Shown piece after piece: positions 58,801 to 64,000 of a stretch of DNA of 64,000 bases (positions are counted from its first letter, which is position 1; each line of letters begins with the position of its first letter). Where the stretch lies: assembly GCA_025594325.1 (NCBI GenBank), contig JANHCV010000004.1, forward strand, positions 1,674,001 through 1,738,000, given 5' to 3'. The notes under the pieces were generated by a model, which made no database searches, had not been told where the DNA came from, and worked only from the letters and a program-made list of their open reading frames with translations. A program made the position numbers and the translations under genes. This DNA comes from Blastocladiella emersonii ATCC 22665 (Eukaryota > Fungi > Blastocladiomycota).

Positions 58801-58935
58801 GCCACGCGGTGTATCGCGGCCGCGCCCAAGCACGGGATCGTGTGGCCGCGCGTCGCCAAGGACGTGGCGAACGTGCGCAAGTCGGTCGAGGACGTGCTCC
58901 ACCTCGTCGCGGCGCAGGTTTCGGCGACGACGTGA
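55827..58935 (+). CDS. PRP6: U5 snRNP/tri-snRNP splicing factor Prp6
   Basis: PAPPGYIAGLGRG-intron-ATGFTTRSDIGPAR, VVDPKGYLTDLNS, DIKKARLLLKS...NPTN..GWIG.ARMEE, many HAT repeats, DNGDAWAYWY, PKHGIVW..VAKD. About six short introns. Confidence 0.97.
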
Positions 58936-59074
58936 TATCGGGGGTCCGATAGATGGATCTAATAAATATATGTAAGCGTTGCTACTCCTAGTAAATACCA
59001 CGGGACGGCTACGCGAGCGGCTGCAGCGAGTGCGTCGACGCCTTGGCCGTGCGCTGCACGGTCGCGTTGGTGCT

Positions 59075-59981
59075 CTAGTCTGCGCCGGTCTTGCTCTGCG
59101 ACGACTTGCTCGACGTCGCCTTGCCCGACTTGTTTGTCGGCGTGGTCATGACGAGCAGATGCTCCATGAAGCTAGAAGTGGGCGCCATCAGTCAGCGGTC
59201 GGACGGGTGGGTCGCGACAGCCGCGAACGTACATGGAGAAGGCGCGCAGACGGAAGCTCTCGGCAAAGTAGATGGAGGACCGCTGAGGGTCCCAGACCGT
59301 CGACCCGGCGAACCCGGTCGTGACCATAATCATGAGCGAGCTCGGCGCCGCGAGCATCGTGGCGAGCTGCGCGTGCGCCGACGGCGTCAACCGCAGAACG
59401 TTGAGGTGGTAGACGAACGCCGCGGCTACGAGCGTGTGCTGGATCGCGTCCGCGACAAAGTAGGCGGCATTGAGGGGGCGCGTCGGCAGGTCGGTGCGCG
59501 TGCCGGTGATGGACAGGAGCGACGTGACGCGTGAGGCGAACGACAGACCGATGGTGCAGAGGGCCGTGAACCAGAGCGTGCGCAGGAGCCACTTGCGCGA
59601 GCCGGCGAGCAGGATTTGCAGCCTACACGGACGGGAGGTGTGAGGGCTGGTCGAGGGGGGCGTGGCGAACAACACGGACCGAGCGACATCAAATACGGTA
59701 AACGCGACCTGACAGGCCCACGCGATGACGAGCTGCGCGAGGTAGACCGGCAGCACGTTCTCCGGTATTCCCATGTACACGGCCTCGAGGATGTGCGAGA
59801 CGAACCGGCCGAACGCGATCAAGCCGAGGCCGACGTGCGCCCACGAGCCGTGCTCCTTGTGCACTTGGTAACAGTGCCATGTCGTCAGGAGGTGGACGCA
59901 GACATTGGCTCCCGTGAAAAACGACTCGGAACTCCAGATGTAATAGGTCTCGGTCAGCCCGGTGATGTTGCCTGCAGTCAT
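59075..59981 (-). CDS. 7TM family copy 2 (more divergent, shortened TM6 region)
   Basis: YYIWSSESFFTGANV, VADAIQHTLVAAAFVYHL, WDPQRSSIYFAESFRLRAF. Two introns; Ser/Lys-rich tail ending TAG at 59075-59077. Confidence 0.75.
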
Positions 59982-60358
59982 TGCTGCGAGTTCATTCAAC
60001 GATTAATTGAGCGTGCACAAGCTCCTGAGGTTCCAGAAAAATAGGCCGCGCGATTTGCGAGACTCGCCAGTGCGATCGCAAGAACAGGCAAGCGCGCTCC
60101 GAAGCCGCGGAAAACGCGTCTCGCACCCGGCACGTGACGCGAGACGCGTCTCCCACGTCACGTGCGGCCTGCGAGACACTTTCGTGCGGGTCCAGAATCG
60201 CGCGAAGCTTGTTTTTTTCCGGCTCAATCAACGCCTTATTTTCGCACGTCTCCCGCGCGGACTTGACGCATGGCGCTCGAGGCGCCCTGTCCGATCAAGG
60301 GCGACGACTTGCGCACAGGCTCGCCTCCTTGTCGGCTCCTCGGACTTGATGAAACACA

Positions 60359-61484
60359 ATGGGAATACTCACACGTAACAACTACTACTGGTCGCCGTCG
60401 TCTTTCATCCTCGGCATCAACGTTATTATCTATGCATCGACGATCTGGACGGGCCTCGTGCTGTACCTCGAGAAGCGCTCGCGGTTCTTCGCGGCGCTCA
60501 TCTGCATCGCCCTGCTACGGCTCCTCGACGCAGCTCTCTGGCCGGCGCTGTACTGGCTCGACCTGGGCGACGCATGGCCCCATCTCGTCGCGTTTCAGCA
60601 GTCCGTGGAATGGCTATGCCAGATCTCATTCATCGCGCTCAACTTTGCGCGACTCTGGCAAATGTGCTCTCGCGCGATGCCCCGCACGCTCAAGGCCTTG
60701 ACGGTGCCCGTCGGCATCTCGGTCGGGCTGTCCACGGCGCTCGTCATCATGGGCGTACAGGGCGCGCTTTCGCCCGAGGTCACTGACGAGATCATCCTTC
60801 GGGTCAACAGCACTTATGCGGGTACGCCCTAGGGCTACCGAGACTTCTCCTCGCCCCCTGCCCTGAACACATAACCTCCGTGTAGTCTACTCGATCTTTG
60901 ACGCCGTCATCAACGCGGTGATCTCGTCTCTCTTCGTCTACCACCTCCACAGCATCATCAACCTGACCTCGTCGCACGTCAAGCGGCGCGGGCTGCCCGA
61001 GCTGCTGCGCAACGTGCGAATCATGCTGGCCGCCGAGTGCATCCTCGTCGTCGTCATGAACATTGTTCGGTTGTCGGGCAAGGACTGGGATCCCCAGTTC
61101 GGCGGGTACAGCTCTGCCTTGCTGGTGTGACTCGGCTGGAACTAACGGGGCGCGTTTCGTCCAGGTCGTTCTTCGCCGAGGCCTTCCGGCTCCGCGCCTT
61201 CGTGTCGTGCGTATCCCTCGGACCTTCGATACGATTCACCGGCCCTGCATGCTGACCTTCACGTTTACCGTAGCTTCCTCGACGCGCTCAGCACCATCAT
61301 GAAGCGCAACACGTCATCGTCCCAGGTGAGCGGCGGCAGCACGCCGGCCCTCACGCGCAACGCGTCCGTCAAGAAGCTCTCGGAGCGCGTGCGGAACAAG
61401 GTCAAGAACATCATGCACTCGGACGCACCGAGCGCCGCGGCGCTGCAGACCGCGCGGCTGAGCCGGTCCGAGCTAGATATGTAG
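60359..61484 (+). CDS. 7TM family copy 3
   Basis: YYWSPSSFILGINV, KRSRFFAAL, LNFARLWQMC, YSIFDAVINAVISSLFVYHL, IMLAAECILVVVMN, WDPQFGG-SFFAEAFRLRAF. Three introns (about 60822-60885, 61108-61164, 61206-61272). Confidence 0.85.
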
Positions 61485-61767
61485 GATCCGGCGGTGTTAC
61501 ATCATAAAATAGATATTTAGTAAACGCGAGACGTGAGAGTAGCGTTGAATCCAGAAAATCACGACGGAGTCGCACGGGAGAGATCAAAATTCACAAAGTC
61601 TCGCAGCGACGCGTCAGTCGCGAGGACGCGCGACTTTCGTGCAAATTTGCACGCATACAGTATCAGTTCTTCAGGTCAAAAAAGGCTATCGAGTCAATCA
61701 GAAAGAGGGGAAGGATGTAAGGTACGCGAGACGCGAGGCCCACTTACGCCGCGGATCACATCAACGA

Positions 61768-63146
61768 TCAGCCGCGCTGCGCGAACCACCTTTCCTCAAG
61801 CGACTCTTCGGGCTGGAGGAACGGGTGGCAGAGCAGGGTCTCGATATCCGCACGGGCTTCGGGGTCGCGCTGAAGGCACAATTGGATGCAGTCGACGACG
61901 AGCGCCGTGCGCTCGAACTGCACGTCAGGAGTGCTGACCTGAACGTGGAGCGACGCCGGGTTCGCGCCGTCGCGGCCCAAGGGACCATGTACCAGCGCGT
62001 CGAGCGCGCTTGGGGTCATGCCGCGACGGATCCGGGGGTACGCGATTGGGTACTCGGGGCTGGCGATGTAGCTGAGTTTCTCCTCCGTCGTCAGCTTAGA
62101 AAACGGCGCGCACCCGTACAGAAGCTGGTACAGGATGCACCCGATCGACCACACGTCGGCCTTGGTGGTGAGCGGCGTGGCCGTCTTGGGCGCGTCCACG
62201 GGCGTTTCGTCTGCTGTTGATGAGGACGAAGCCGACGCGATAACCATGTTGTCCCGTTGCGTGTGCGCGTTGACAAGAATAGCCTCGGGCGACATGTAGT
62301 CCACGGCGCCAGCTTGCGAGTTGAGGTTGGCCGTGGCCATGTTGCTGGCCGCGGTCCTCATGATCCCAAGGTCGATGAGCTTCAGCTCGGACTTGACGAC
62401 GACAAAGCTGGCGGGCTTGAGGCTGCCGTGGATGATCTCGTGTCGGTGCAGTTCGTTCACAATCTCTACCATGCTACGCCAGTAGTAGCGAATGAAGTCG
62501 AGGTCAATGGGCCTCTCGGCGCGGAGCTCCATCAGCTTGGCCATGTCCATCTCGCCCAGCTCCATGACCAGGTACAACCGCCGTGACTCGAGGTGGACCT
62601 CGTGCGTAACGCTGTCCCTGCTGTCCGCGTTGAGCCGGATACGCTTACTACACGCGTAACGTGGCATAGGCGCGTGAATGAGCAATTGAGGCTGAGTTTA
62701 TCCAGCGTGATGTGCGCAATCAAGCGGTAAACGTACATGGCGATGGGCTTCGTCCCCTCTGGGAACGCCTGGAACACGAGCGACCTCCTGCCCTCGCCCT
62801 GGCGCTCGCCCATCCCGACCATGTCGCCGTACTTGTACTTGTACTTGCGACCGCGGATCCACACCACGTACCGCTTCTTCTCAGGCGACATCTCCGTCGT
62901 CACCCGCGCGGGCAGGTTGAGCTTGCGGATCGGGATCGCGGCCCTTGGGGCAGTGGCTGGCAGGTCGTCGTCGGCGACGGTCTCCGACGTTCCGTGTGCG
63001 CTGCTCTCGGAGGTGGTCCGTGCACGTTTCGCCGCGCGATGAGCGCCGGACGCGGTGTCAGGCGTGGAGGCCGGGTCGGTGGCCGGCGTGCTTTCGCTGC
63101 CTCCGCAGCGATTTTAAGAGGGATTTCGCGTCGGCAAGTTGGACAT
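61768..63146 (-). pseudogene. Degenerate Mps1/TTK-like kinase (pseudokinase or pseudogene)
   Basis: LYLVMELGEMDM, DLDFIRYYWRSM, LKLIDLGI, SQAGAVDYMSPEAIL and ADVWSIGCILYQLLYG.APF are Mps1-specific. However HSDLKPAN has become HGSLKPAS, about 20 aa are missing after alphaC, and there is an in-frame TAA at 63114-63116. Intron 62648-62736 restores PIAIK. Confidence 0.8.
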
Positions 63147-63390
63147 GATGACGCGGATTTTGCCGGATTGTAGATCATCTATTGGACGGGACGAGAGGTC
63201 GTGCGCGCTGCTTGCGTGCATGCGGGCTGGACGCGGACGACCATGGCCGTGTGCTCAGCCGCAAACGTGACCGGCGTGCCGATGACCAACGCGCGAGCCC
63301 ATCCCATCCTCACCTCGTCTCACGCTGAGGTTCTTGAGTCAATGATGATGGACTACCTTTATATATACAATTCAATCCCACCCGCCACCC

Positions 63391-64000
63391 TTAATCCGCG
63401 TTCGGCGGCGCCGTAATCCAAATAGACCGCGGGGTGCTTGGCCGCGTGTCGACGTACGGGCTGTGCGGGTCGAGTCGCGCCGTCGACGTCGTGTGGAGCG
63501 CGGAGATGGACCCGGTCGACTTAGTCGGGGACAGGTGCGCGGTACTGGCGAGCTGCGATGTCGAGCCCGTCCCGCCGTCGTGGCTCGCGCCGCCGTGGCT
63601 CCGATGCCCGCCACCGCCGCTGTGCGTGTTGCTGACGCGCGAGTGCATGAGGTCCGCGAGCCCGGCGAGGAAGCTATAGGGGTTGGCGTCAGCCTAATTG
63701 GACTGTCATCGGGGCGAGGGACACGTACCCGCAGAAGCAGCGAAGCCGAAACGCTTCCGCAAAGTAGGCGGACGACCACTGCGGATCCCACGTCGACGAG
63801 GACAGCTGCGCGATGTTGACGCCGATGACGAGGGCGCTTTCGGCGACGAGAAGCAGCGTGACGTGGCGCAGAAGCTTGGAGAAGCCCTCGCGGAACGTCG
63901 GCATGCCAGCCTTGGGCTTGGTGATGGTATGGAGGTGCAGGATGAAGGCGGCGGCGATAATCCCGTTGACGAACGCGTCGACGACCGAGTAGCTCGAGTA
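63391..64000 (-). CDS. 7TM family copy 4, 3' part (5' end lies outside the window)
   Basis: YSVVDAFVNGIIAAAFILHL, LLLVAESALVIGVN, WDPQWSSAYFAEAFRLRCFC. Intron at about 63676-63727, then a Ser/Thr/His/Gly-rich tail. Confidence 0.85.

Noticed and set aside
62900-63178. CPTCR motif suggesting a RING finger fused to the kinase
   Set aside because: There is only one Cys pair. It lies in a different frame from the kinase, whose own frame (MSNLPTRNPS*NRC...) overlaps it.

Overview
GC-rich eukaryotic genomic DNA, most likely from a zoosporic (flagellated) early-diverging fungus such as Blastocladiomycota or Chytridiomycota. This placement is inferred from 54-90 nt GT-AG introns with CTGAC/CTAAC-type branch points, fungal-type housekeeping genes, and the centriole/cilium-associated genes LRRC34 and CCDC191. 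The window has three compartments. (1) 0.3-33 kb is gene-dense: tRNA-Ala, a secreted protein, three tandem HSL-family alpha/beta hydrolases with a pseudogene between them, ELP5, a class I HDAC, RPL31, TRAPPC2, LUC7, BolA, VPS35, CCDC191, TIP41, a maltose O-acetyltransferase, LRRC34, an ornithine decarboxylase antizyme that needs a +1 ribosomal frameshift at GUU-UGA, TRAPPC1 and TRAPPC12. Most of these sit in tight head-to-head pairs. (2) About 33.9-49.5 kb is a gene-poor accessory island of decayed gene copies and dispersed direct repeats, with two intact TATA-driven orphan genes (one Q/S-rich and prion-like). It also holds the most striking feature: six ~58-nt hairpins at 44123-44656 whose stems show strand-specific compensatory covariation. 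(3) 49.7-64 kb holds an uncharacterised 7-transmembrane receptor-like family (three complete copies and one running off the window end), an aldo-keto reductase lacking catalytic residues, PRP6 and a degenerate Mps1-like kinase. All calls are by eye from the sequence and recalled family motifs. No database searches or folding programs were run.
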